DNA of 64,000 bases from contig JAPKDL010000005.1 in assembly GCA_028822585.1 (NCBI GenBank), positions 16,528 through 80,527 on the forward strand, read 5' to 3'. The notes below the pieces were generated by a model, which was not told the origin of the DNA, ran no database searches, and saw nothing but the letters and a program-made list of their open reading frames with translations. This DNA is from Alphaproteobacteria bacterium (GTDB lineage Bacteria; Pseudomonadota; Alphaproteobacteria; UBA8366; GCA-2717185). The position numbers and the translations under genes are program-made. This document shows, piece after piece, positions 56,748-64,000 of the stretch (position 1 is its first letter; every line of letters starts with the position of its first letter).

Positions 56748-57602
56748 ATGACCACCGCCAACACATCCGGCGATCCCGTGCCCGCCATCCCCGAAGCCAA
56801 CGCCACCGGCGATGTCGCCAAAATCTACGCCGATATTCGCGCCACCCAACAGGCACCGGTGGTCAATTTGATCTGGCGGCATCTGGCGACATTCCCCGGC
56901 GGGTTGGCCTGGGCGTGGGAGTCCCTGAAACCGCTCTACCATAGCAACTCAATCCGCGCCGAAGCCGCCGCTCTGCGCGCCAGCGTGCAGCCTCCCGCGC
57001 TCAAAGGCCTGAGCCCCGCCGCGTTGACCTCTGCCGAGCTGTCGGCGTCGGACCTTGCGCATATAGCGATGATTTTACGCACTTATGAACGAAGCAACGC
57101 GACCAATATGATCGCCCTGGGCACGCTATTAAATCGCCTGAACGGCACGCCCTCTGACGCCAACGCCACGCCGGTGCCAGACACACCGCCCTACCAACCG
57201 GAAGCACCGATTGACGGCGAAATGCCCACACTGTTGACGCTCGACGCCATGGCGCCCTCGGTGGCAGCGCTGGTGCAAGACCTCAACCGGATCGGTGCCC
57301 GCGACGAGATTCTGGCCAGCATGTACCGCCATCTCGCCCATTGGCCCGCCTATCTGACGTTGGTGCACACGGTGATCGCCCCGTTCGGTGTGGACGACGA
57401 GCTGGAGCAGCTCATCAAGAACGTCACGGCGAACGCCCAAACCCGCGCCGCCCGCCTCAACGCCCAACTGGCCGACCCCACTACGACGCTCAGCCCAAAA
57501 GTAAAAGACCAATTGGGTGCCGCCCTAGCTGAATTTTTCCACGGGCCGATTTGTAAGATGGTCACGATAGTGCCGCTGATCCGGCGGGCCATGCCGGGTT
57601 AA
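56748..57602 (+). CDS. DehI-family (group I alpha-haloacid dehalogenase-like) protein
   Basis: 'VAKIYADIRATQQAPVVNLIWRHLATFPGGLAWAW' resembles P. putida DehI 'YEDIRLTLRVPWVAFGCRVLATFPGYLPLAW' from memory. A second pseudo-repeat reads 'MYRHLAHWPAYL'. I took the start at ATG 56748 after AAGGAG. Confidence 0.55.
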   Translation: MTTANTSGDPVPAIPEANATGDVAKIYADIRATQQAPVVNLIWRHLATFPGGLAWAWESLKPLYHSNSIRAEAAALRASVQPPALKGLSPAALTSAELSASDLAHIAMILRTYERSNATNMIALGTLLNRLNGTPSDANATPVPDTPPYQPEAPIDGEMPTLLTLDAMAPSVAALVQDLNRIGARDEILASMYRHLAHWPAYLTLVHTVIAPFGVDDELEQLIKNVTANAQTRAARLNAQLADPTTTLSPKVKDQLGAALAEFFHGPICKMVTIVPLIRRAMPG

Positions 57603-57670
57603 AGGATCGCCAAAGTGATTTAAAAAATCAATTTTCAACATTTTCGATTATCCCTGCCCAATAATTTCCA

Positions 57671-57993
57671 TCATTCCTGCCCCTTTCCGCCATTTCTGCG
57701 GAGGCGGAAACCATAAAACGCCTTAAACTCCGAATTTTATCAGGACAATTGAATGCACGTATAGGCACATAAGGGGATAAAAGGAGGGCAAAACGGATTA
57801 AATATCCTAAAACGGTAAACAATTCAGTTATTTTACTAAGGTATAGAAACCTCTGCATAAGTAGTGGACATAACATTCTCCGTTATACCCGGGCGCTTTA
57901 CGGCGGGGGAATACGGCAATGCTAGCGCTTTATATTTCTCTGCGGAGGACGGATTCCTGCCTCCGCAGAAATGGCGGAAAGGGGAAGGAATGA
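57671..57993. mobile_element. MITE-like / nested REP unit: 35-bp inverted ends (34/35 match) around a 253-bp AT-rich non-coding core
   Basis: The left end 57671..57705 is 'tcattcctgcccctttccgccatttctgcggaggc'. The right end 57959..57993 is its reverse complement with one mismatch. An extra local hairpin pairs 57939..57948 with 57960..57969. I saw no clear target-site duplication. Confidence 0.4.
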
Positions 57994-58116
57994 CAAATCG
58001 GGAGGGGTCCTTTGTAAAATTTCCACCGCCGCGCGGGATTTGTTATGATGGGGCCTAACGCTTTGAGGTGCGCCTTGTTCAACAATGAAGGGCACGCCCT
58101 GTTCACTTACTAGAGG

Positions 58117-58524
58117 ATGACGATTATGACCAAGAAGATACTTCTCGACCCGCTGGCGCCGCGCGCCAAACCGGTGCCGTTTTCCATGGGCGTGAAAGTG
58201 GGCGACACAATTTATGTATCCGGCCATGTGGCGCAGGACGCCAATGGCAAAGTGGTCGGCAAGGGCGATATGGCGGCGCAGACCCGGCAGGTTTTCGCCA
58301 ATATCGAAGCGGTCCTGGCGGAAGCGGGTGCCACCCTGGAGGACGTGGTGAAGATCACCACCTACATCACCGATATGAGCGCCTACGCCGCATTCAGCGC
58401 AGTGCGCGCCGAGATGTTTCCCAACGCGGGCATGGCGAGCGCCACCGTGGCGGGCGCGGTGTTGGTGTCGGACGACTTCATGGTCGAGGTTGAAGCCATT
58501 GCGGTTAAAGGTAGCGGCGATTAA
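58117..58524 (+). CDS. RidA/YjgF/UK114 family protein
   Basis: 135 aa. 'GDTIYVSGHVAQD', 'VVKITTYITDM' and 'MVEVEAIAV' are typical of the family. Confidence 0.8.
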   Translation: MTIMTKKILLDPLAPRAKPVPFSMGVKVGDTIYVSGHVAQDANGKVVGKGDMAAQTRQVFANIEAVLAEAGATLEDVVKITTYITDMSAYAAFSAVRAEMFPNAGMASATVAGAVLVSDDFMVEVEAIAVKGSGD

Positions 58525-58663
58525 AGGCAGCAGAGATTAGGGTAACAGGTATGGATTTGGAGGGCGGGCTCCCCTAGACTTTACTTATTTGGGACGCACA
58601 AGGTTTCTGGAGCATGATTTCTTGCGGGGCCCGCGCCCGTCTAAAGAACAAGAGGAATGACCA

Positions 58664-59515
58664 ATGAGCGAGACGACATCAAACCACGAACCCTATGCCG
58701 GTAAGGTCTTGGGTGAACTGCCCTTCATGTGCACGCCCAAGATGGTCGATGATTATTGCGAAGGACTGGCGGTGGATCGCGGGCGTTACAGTGAGCCCAG
58801 CTTTTGGAACGCCGCAGCGGCGCCGGCGATGATCGTCGGTGAGCTGGATTTCGGTTTTGACGGTGCCCGGTTCGACAACGCGTTCGGAAATTTGTGGATG
58901 CGCCAGGAGTGGAATTTCTTTCAACCGGTTTTTCCGGGCCGCGACTACCGCCGCGCCTCCACCGTGCTCGACGTCTACAAATGGCGCAATCGCTCCGTAG
59001 TGAAACAAGAAGTCAGCCTCTATGAGGGATCGACGCTAATCGTCCAGGGCATTCACCATCAAAGTTTCTTGTTGAACCAGAGTTCCGGAAAGGTCGCCTT
59101 GCGCGACCCGACCAAAAAGGAAGGCGTCCGCAAATTCCAGGCGCCGGACGGACAAGCCATCCCCAGCGTCGACCGCAACATTGATCTGGAAATGTGCGGC
59201 GTGTTTTTCCATGGCAGCCGCAGCTACCACACCAACAAGGATGCCTCAGAAGAGCTGGGCTTTGACGAAGTCGTGATTGGTGGCAAGATGACCATGTCGA
59301 TGGTGGGCGATATGATGGAACAGCGCTTTGGCCGGGGTTATTACGAAGGAGGGTCGCTGGATGTAAAGTTCACCAACATCGTGTGGCCAGATGAACATGT
59401 GACGGCGAAAGGGGTGGTCACCCGCGAGGAAGACGGCAAGGCCTATGTCACGGTGTGGATGGAAAAAGACGATGGCACGGTGGTGATCGTCGGCCAGGCG
59501 ACGGCGGTTCTCTAG
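58664..59515 (+). CDS. MaoC-like double hotdog-fold (dehydratase/hydratase-type) protein
   Basis: 283 aa. 'SYHTNKDASEELGFDEVVIGGKMTMSMVGDMM' resembles the MaoC hydratase motif region. Confidence 0.55.
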   Translation: MSETTSNHEPYAGKVLGELPFMCTPKMVDDYCEGLAVDRGRYSEPSFWNAAAAPAMIVGELDFGFDGARFDNAFGNLWMRQEWNFFQPVFPGRDYRRASTVLDVYKWRNRSVVKQEVSLYEGSTLIVQGIHHQSFLLNQSSGKVALRDPTKKEGVRKFQAPDGQAIPSVDRNIDLEMCGVFFHGSRSYHTNKDASEELGFDEVVIGGKMTMSMVGDMMEQRFGRGYYEGGSLDVKFTNIVWPDEHVTAKGVVTREEDGKAYVTVWMEKDDGTVVIVGQATAVL

Positions 59516-59551
59516 CGGGCGTGATGCTGTGTTCCTGTGGGGATTGGCGTC

Positions 59552-60031
59552 ATGAGAACTGACGTTTTCATCGCCTTGGGGACGAATATCGGCGACCGCG
59601 CGGCTAACTTGGACACCGCGCTGGCGGCCTTGGCGATGTTTGTGAACGATGTTGAACCGTCGCCGATCTATGAATCTGCGCCGAAATATGTGACGGATCA
59701 GCCCCGCTTCCTGAACATGGTCGCGCGCGGGAGTACGGCGTTGCGTGCGCCCGCGTTGTTGGCGAAGTTGAAGGCGCTTGAGGTCGATATGGGGCGTCAA
59801 CCCGGCATGCGCAACGGGCCGCGGTTGATCGATCTCGATATCGTGTATTACGGCGCCGCGATCATCGATACACCCGCGCTCACCGTGCCGCATCCAAGGC
59901 TGCGCGAGCGTGCGTTCGTGTTGCGACCCTTGGCGGATATAGACTCGAATCAGCGCGACCCGGTGACAGGCGCCACCGTCCGCGACATGCTAGCGGCGCT
60001 GGGGGACGGCGGTGATCTCGTCAGAATTTAG
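59552..60031 (+). CDS. folK: 2-amino-4-hydroxy-6-hydroxymethyldihydropteridine diphosphokinase
   Basis: It carries 'VFIALGTNIGDR', 'YESAP', 'IDLDIVYY' and 'LTVPHPRLRERAFVLRPLADI'. I took the start at ATG 59552; the track GTG is at 59537. Confidence 0.85.
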   Translation: MRTDVFIALGTNIGDRAANLDTALAALAMFVNDVEPSPIYESAPKYVTDQPRFLNMVARGSTALRAPALLAKLKALEVDMGRQPGMRNGPRLIDLDIVYYGAAIIDTPALTVPHPRLRERAFVLRPLADIDSNQRDPVTGATVRDMLAALGDGGDLVRI

Positions 60032-61788
60032 AACTGGTCTTCCGCAAAGGCGACGATCGATTCGCTTCCGTTTTGGATGGGTGCCAGAAGCGACGTCGCC
60101 TGGGACAGGATGTTTTCCGCGTAAAAGTGGGCGGTGCGCCGTTTTGCGATATGGAAGTCTAAATCGTCATCGTCCGCCGCCAGCGCGCCGCGCGCCATGA
60201 TGGCGCCGCCCGCCGTAAGGCCAAACAAGCGCAGATACGGCGTGGCGCCGGACAACGCCTTATCCGGCGCATCGCCCGCCTCCGTGACAAGCCAGCGCGT
60301 CGCAGTCTCCAACGTGTCCAACGCGGCGGATAGGTGGGTGTGGAGTGAGGTCAAAACCGTATCGGAGTCAGCCTCAAGCGCCGACAGCACGGTCCGAATT
60401 TCCAACGCATACTGCGCGACCGTATCACCGCCATCGCGGAGGACTTTGCGGGTCACCAGGTCAATTGCCTGAATGCCGTTGGTGCCTTCGTAGATCGGCG
60501 CGATCCGGGAATCGCGCCAGTGCTGGACAGCGCCGGTTTCCTCCATGTAACCCATGCCGCCATGCACCTGCACCCCCAGAGACGCGACCTCGACGCCCAT
60601 ATCGGTGCACCATGCTTTGACCACCGGGGTCAGCAGGTCGACGCGGCTGCGCGCCGCGCTGCGTACGTCGGAATCGGGATGCGCCCGCGTCACATCCAGA
60701 CTTGAGACAACATCGTAAATTAGGCCGCGCATGGCCTCGACCGTCGCCTTCATGGTCAACAGCATGCGCCGCACGTCGGGGTGGTTGATGATGGTCACTG
60801 GCTGTCCCGCCGCACCTTGGACGCGTTCCTTGGCGTAATCGCGCGCTTGTTGATAGGCGCGTTCGGCGATGGACAACCCTGTCAAGCCGATGCCCAGCCG
60901 AGCGTTGTTCATCATTGTGAACATGCAGTTGAGACCGCGATTTTCCTCGCCAATCAAAAACCCGACGGCGCCGTCATTATCACCAAACGACATGGTGCAG
61001 GTGGGACAGGCGTGGATGCCAAGTTTGTCTTCCAAGCTAACGCAGAAAACGTCGTTTCGCCCTCCCAGACTGCCATCAGGGTTCACCATGAATTTCGGGA
61101 CAATGAACAAAGAAACGCCCCGCGAACCTTCCGGCGCGTCAGGCGTGCGAGCCAACACCATATGGACAATGTTGTCCGTCATGTCGTGTTCACCCCAAGT
61201 GATGAATATCTTCTGACCCCGGATTCGGTAGTGATCACCTTCTTTTTCAGCGCGGCAGTGCAACGCCCCCACATCAGAGCCGGCTTGTGGCTCCGTCAAA
61301 TTCATTGTGCCGTTCCATTCGCCGGATACCAATTTTTCCAGATATAGCTCCTTTTGTTCCGAACTACCATGCGCGCTTAACAACTCCACGGCACCGCTAG
61401 TCAAGATAGGGCAAAGTCCCCAGGAATTATTTGCCGAAACCCACATTTCCGACGTGGCGAACCCTAACAACCATGGCAGTCCCTGTCCGCCATGTTCCGG
61501 GTCAAACGCCAAGCTGTTCCACCCCCCCTCGACATAAGCAGCGTAGGCTTCTTTAAAGCCCTCAGCGGTGCGCACCACGCCGTTTTCCAGAACCGCGCCT
61601 TGCTTGTCGCCGGAAAAATTAACGGGTGCCAACAAATCCTCCGCCAGCTTGCCCGCTTCTGCCAACAGGGCATCGCGCAAATCAGGCGTGGCGTCGGTGT
61701 AACCGGGAAGTACTGCCAAGGCGGGGAGCAAGCCCAAGGCGTCCATGGCAAAACGCATGTCTCGGATTGGTGCAGTGTAAGAGGTCAT
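60028..61788 (-). CDS. Long acyl-CoA dehydrogenase with C-terminal extension (DmdC/AcdA-like subgroup)
   Basis: 586 aa. The N-terminus 'YTAPIRDMRFAMD...EGGWNSLAFDPEHGGQGLP' and 'EGTNGIQAIDL' are typical of the roughly 590-aa ACAD subgroup. Confidence 0.8.
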   Translation of the reverse strand: MTSYTAPIRDMRFAMDALGLLPALAVLPGYTDATPDLRDALLAEAGKLAEDLLAPVNFSGDKQGAVLENGVVRTAEGFKEAYAAYVEGGWNSLAFDPEHGGQGLPWLLGFATSEMWVSANNSWGLCPILTSGAVELLSAHGSSEQKELYLEKLVSGEWNGTMNLTEPQAGSDVGALHCRAEKEGDHYRIRGQKIFITWGEHDMTDNIVHMVLARTPDAPEGSRGVSLFIVPKFMVNPDGSLGGRNDVFCVSLEDKLGIHACPTCTMSFGDNDGAVGFLIGEENRGLNCMFTMMNNARLGIGLTGLSIAERAYQQARDYAKERVQGAAGQPVTIINHPDVRRMLLTMKATVEAMRGLIYDVVSSLDVTRAHPDSDVRSAARSRVDLLTPVVKAWCTDMGVEVASLGVQVHGGMGYMEETGAVQHWRDSRIAPIYEGTNGIQAIDLVTRKVLRDGGDTVAQYALEIRTVLSALEADSDTVLTSLHTHLSAALDTLETATRWLVTEAGDAPDKALSGATPYLRLFGLTAGGAIMARGALAADDDDLDFHIAKRRTAHFYAENILSQATSLLAPIQNGSESIVAFAEDQF

Positions 61789-61827
61789 ATTGGCAGTCTC
61801 GTTCTGTGAGTGGCGTATAGACGTCGT

Positions 61828-63285
61828 TTAGAGAATTTTGCCAGGGTTCATAATGCCGTCTGGATCTATCGCCTGTTTAAAACGTCGCATCAAGTCCAGT
61901 TCCAAGGGGCTTTTGTATCGGATCATGTCTTTTTTTTTCAATTGCCCTACTCCATGTTCGGCGCTGAACGAGCCGTTCATGTCGTCCACTATATCATGCA
62001 CCATTTTTTTCACTTCTGACCACCGTGCCACAAAGGACTCAGAGGTCGCATTCTGAGGCTGATGATAGTTGTAATGGAGATTCCCGTCCCCGCAATGACC
62101 GAAAACAACCGGCCGGACGCCGGGGATCAACGCTTCCGCGGCGGTGTTGGCACGCCGGATAAATTCAGGTATTCGGCTGACCGGCACGGAAATGTCATGC
62201 TTGATGCTAGCGCCTTCGAAGGCCTGAGCCAGAACAACGCCTTCTCGAATGCGCCACAAATCGTTTCGTTGCGCTTCTGATTGGGCGATGACAGCGTCCA
62301 AAACCTGACCATTTTCAAAGGCAGATTCTAGAAATTTTTCCAACGCTTCCTGCATACCACCGCCCACGCGGGCATCCGAAAATTCAAACAAAGCATATTC
62401 GGCGTAATCGCCTTCGATGGGGTACGTCACACCTTCAATATGCCTAACCGCAAAGTCGAGCGGCGTCCGGCAAATGAGCTCAAAGCTTGTCACACGATCA
62501 CCACTGGCCGCGCGAGCATCCGCCAGCAATTCAATGGCAGCGTCCAGATCGCGCAACGCGACGAATGCGGTTTGAACATCCTTGGGTGCGGGGAATAACT
62601 TGCAAACCGCCGCAGTGATAATACCGAGCGTGCCCTCTCCCCCAATAAAGAGCTGCTTCAAATCATAGCCCGTATTGTCTTTTCGCAATCGTTTCAGCCC
62701 ATCCCAGATTTGCCCGTCAGGAAGCACGACTTCCAGCCCCAGCACCAGTTCGCGGGCGTTGCCATAGCGCAATACATTCACACCACCAGCGTTGGTGGAA
62801 ATATTGCCACCGATCTGGCAGCTACCTTCAGCGCCGAGGCTGAGCGGAAACAAACGGTCCTCGCTCGCAGCGGCGTTTTGCAGGTTCGCCAAGATGCAAC
62901 CCGCCTCCACGGTCACTGTGTAGTTCAACGGATCAATATCACGAATTTGGTTCATTCGGCTTAGACTCAACAAAACTTCGCCGCCATGGCCATGCGGAAC
63001 GCCGGCGCCAACCAGGCTTGTATTGCCGCCTTGGGGGACGATGGCGATTTTCCCCTCATGACAGACCTTTACGACAGCAGCGACTTCATCGGCCGTCGCG
63101 GGTCGGACAAACAAGGCGCATTTACCAAAATACAATCCGCGTTCATCGTTGATATGCATCTCCAGAATGGCGGGATCATTGCTCCATCCCTTATCCCCGA
63201 CAATGGCCTTGATCCGTGCAATCGCCTCGGCGCCCGGCGGCAATGGCTGCATCGATAATCGTGGCAAAATGTCATTGGAAGCCAT
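61828..63285 (-). CDS. FAD-linked oxidase (GlcD / D-2-hydroxyacid dehydrogenase family)
   Basis: 485 aa with 'VPQGGNTSLVGAGVP', 'GISTNAGG' and C-terminal 'SAEHGVGQLKK...DPDGIMNPGK'. Confidence 0.8.
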   Translation of the reverse strand: MASNDILPRLSMQPLPPGAEAIARIKAIVGDKGWSNDPAILEMHINDERGLYFGKCALFVRPATADEVAAVVKVCHEGKIAIVPQGGNTSLVGAGVPHGHGGEVLLSLSRMNQIRDIDPLNYTVTVEAGCILANLQNAAASEDRLFPLSLGAEGSCQIGGNISTNAGGVNVLRYGNARELVLGLEVVLPDGQIWDGLKRLRKDNTGYDLKQLFIGGEGTLGIITAAVCKLFPAPKDVQTAFVALRDLDAAIELLADARAASGDRVTSFELICRTPLDFAVRHIEGVTYPIEGDYAEYALFEFSDARVGGGMQEALEKFLESAFENGQVLDAVIAQSEAQRNDLWRIREGVVLAQAFEGASIKHDISVPVSRIPEFIRRANTAAEALIPGVRPVVFGHCGDGNLHYNYHQPQNATSESFVARWSEVKKMVHDIVDDMNGSFSAEHGVGQLKKKDMIRYKSPLELDLMRRFKQAIDPDGIMNPGKIL

Positions 63286-63393
63286 TATTGAATATCCAAA
63301 AGACTGGTTGTGAATTGATATTGTGAGAGCAACTAGAAATTTACCCTACAAGCCCTAAATTGTAGTGTGCAAGTTAAAGGCCTCATATTTTGA

Positions 63394-64000
63394 TTAACGG
63401 GCAGCGGCGCGCGCAAGGCGGTCGTTTATGGCGCAGCCCAGATCGTGATCGGGAATTGGCACCACTGCGATGCCCTGAAATTGACCGTCGTCCAGACGAT
63501 GCAGGCAATCGAACAGTCGGGCCGCGGCTTCTGTCAAATCACCGCTTGAGCTGAGATTTTCGATAGCCCCCGACGTTGGGCCAAAACCCAGCAAAGCTTC
63601 GCCAGGTTTGGCATGGACAGCGTTAAGGCGAACCGGCGTATCAGGTGCGTAATGGCGTCGCAGCATACCTGGCGCAGTAGGGACGTCATGTTCGTCCTTG
63701 GCGTCCATCCAGCCGCGTGCAACAGCGTACCCAAGCACCGACTCAATCGATTCCAACGTCACCCCACCAGGCCGCAAAATTGATGCTTCGTCACGTGATA
63801 GGTCGAGGATCGTAGACTCAACGCCAATGGCGCAGGGGCCATCGTCCAGGATCATCGCAGCCTTTTCGCCTAAATCCGCTGCGACATGCGCCGCGGTCGT
63901 TGGGCTGATTTGACCGGAACTGTTGGCGCTTGGCGCGGCGATCGGCGTTTGCGCTGCGTGAAGCAACGCGCGAGCGCCGTCATGGGCTGGCACACGAATA
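63394..64000 (-). CDS. L-threonylcarbamoyladenylate synthase (Sua5/YrdC/TsaC family), 5'-partial at the window edge
   Basis: 'IAAPSANSSGQISPTTAAHVAADLG' is the YrdC-domain motif, followed by a Sua5-type C-terminal domain. The reading frame is open to the end of the window. Confidence 0.8.
   Translation of the reverse strand, partial: IRVPAHDGARALLHAAQTPIAAPSANSSGQISPTTAAHVAADLGEKAAMILDDGPCAIGVESTILDLSRDEASILRPGGVTLESIESVLGYAVARGWMDAKDEHDVPTAPGMLRRHYAPDTPVRLNAVHAKPGEALLGFGPTSGAIENLSSSGDLTEAAARLFDCLHRLDDGQFQGIAVVPIPDHDLGCAINDRLARAAAR

Noticed and set aside
57628-57876. The 82-aa ORF inside the inverted-repeat unit as a transposase or small protein.
   Set aside because: The translation is Leu/Phe/Ile-rich and reflects AT-rich DNA. 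It starts outside and ends inside the repeat unit, has no DDE or HUH-like motif, and has no RBS.
1-64000. Search for tRNA, rRNA, CRISPR arrays, integrases, intact IS elements, prophage genes or known defence systems (RM, TA, CBASS, Abi-like and similar).
   Set aside because: I saw no T-loop-like GGTTCGAATCC-type sequence outside coding frames. There are no spaced direct-repeat arrays and no ORF with integrase, transposase, nuclease or NTPase defence signatures. Only fragments are present (IS1595 and Doc). This absence is based on visual inspection and is not exhaustive.

Overview
All calls come from reading the sequence and the ORF track by eye. No database search, RNA folding or alignment program was run, so family assignments rest on motifs I recognise, and comparator sequences are quoted from memory.

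The window is a densely packed, mostly catabolic chromosomal segment with about 50 intact-looking CDS on both strands. Intergenic gaps are very short or overlapping. It looks like a free-living, probably marine, alphaproteobacterium. That origin is an inference from gene content and from 'CATTCCCGCGAAGGCGGG'-type palindromic repeats.

Gene content is dominated by paralogous enzyme sets:
- three Amidohydrolase-2 genes, two of them in tandem
- two LLM flavin oxidoreductases
- two translationally coupled hydantoinase/oxoprolinase A+B pairs
- two tandem TauD/TfdA dioxygenases
- three classical SDRs plus a lambda-crystallin-type dehydrogenase

Single-copy enzymes include IlvD/Edd-family and enolase-superfamily dehydratases, a DHDPS-family lyase, a dimethylglycine-dehydrogenase-like FAD/GcvT fusion and a phthalate-type Rieske oxygenase. 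There is also a HAPMO-like Baeyer-Villiger monooxygenase, a DehI-like gene, AcnA, an ICL/PEP-mutase-family lyase and a split ComDE-type TPP decarboxylase. Housekeeping genes are a DEAD-box helicase, folK and a Sua5/TsaC-type gene.

I saw no rRNA, tRNA, CRISPR array, intact transposase or recognisable defence system.

The most interesting points are:
1. An in-frame TGA at 3199..3201 joins two called ORFs into a PrdB/GrdB-family protein. The stop sits exactly at the family's Sec (UxxC) position and a hairpin follows it. The gene lies in an aerobic-type operon without PrdA/Grd partners.
2. A family of GCCTCCGCAG/CTGCGGAGGC-core palindromic repeats brackets the DehI-like gene, including a 323-bp unit with 34/35-bp inverted ends.
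3. Many small gene-decay scars are present: an IS1595 transposase fragment, a Doc toxin fragment, a LOG-family gene with two nonsense codons, 6PGDH-like and GNAT remnants, and a histidine-kinase wreck fused to a TfdA-like N-terminus.
4. A G9 homopolymer lies inside a small ORF, and both reading frames stay open downstream of it.
5. Two unusual enzyme combinations occur: HyuAB with a BVMO, and an ICL-family lyase with a micro-ORF, a split TPP decarboxylase and AcnA.
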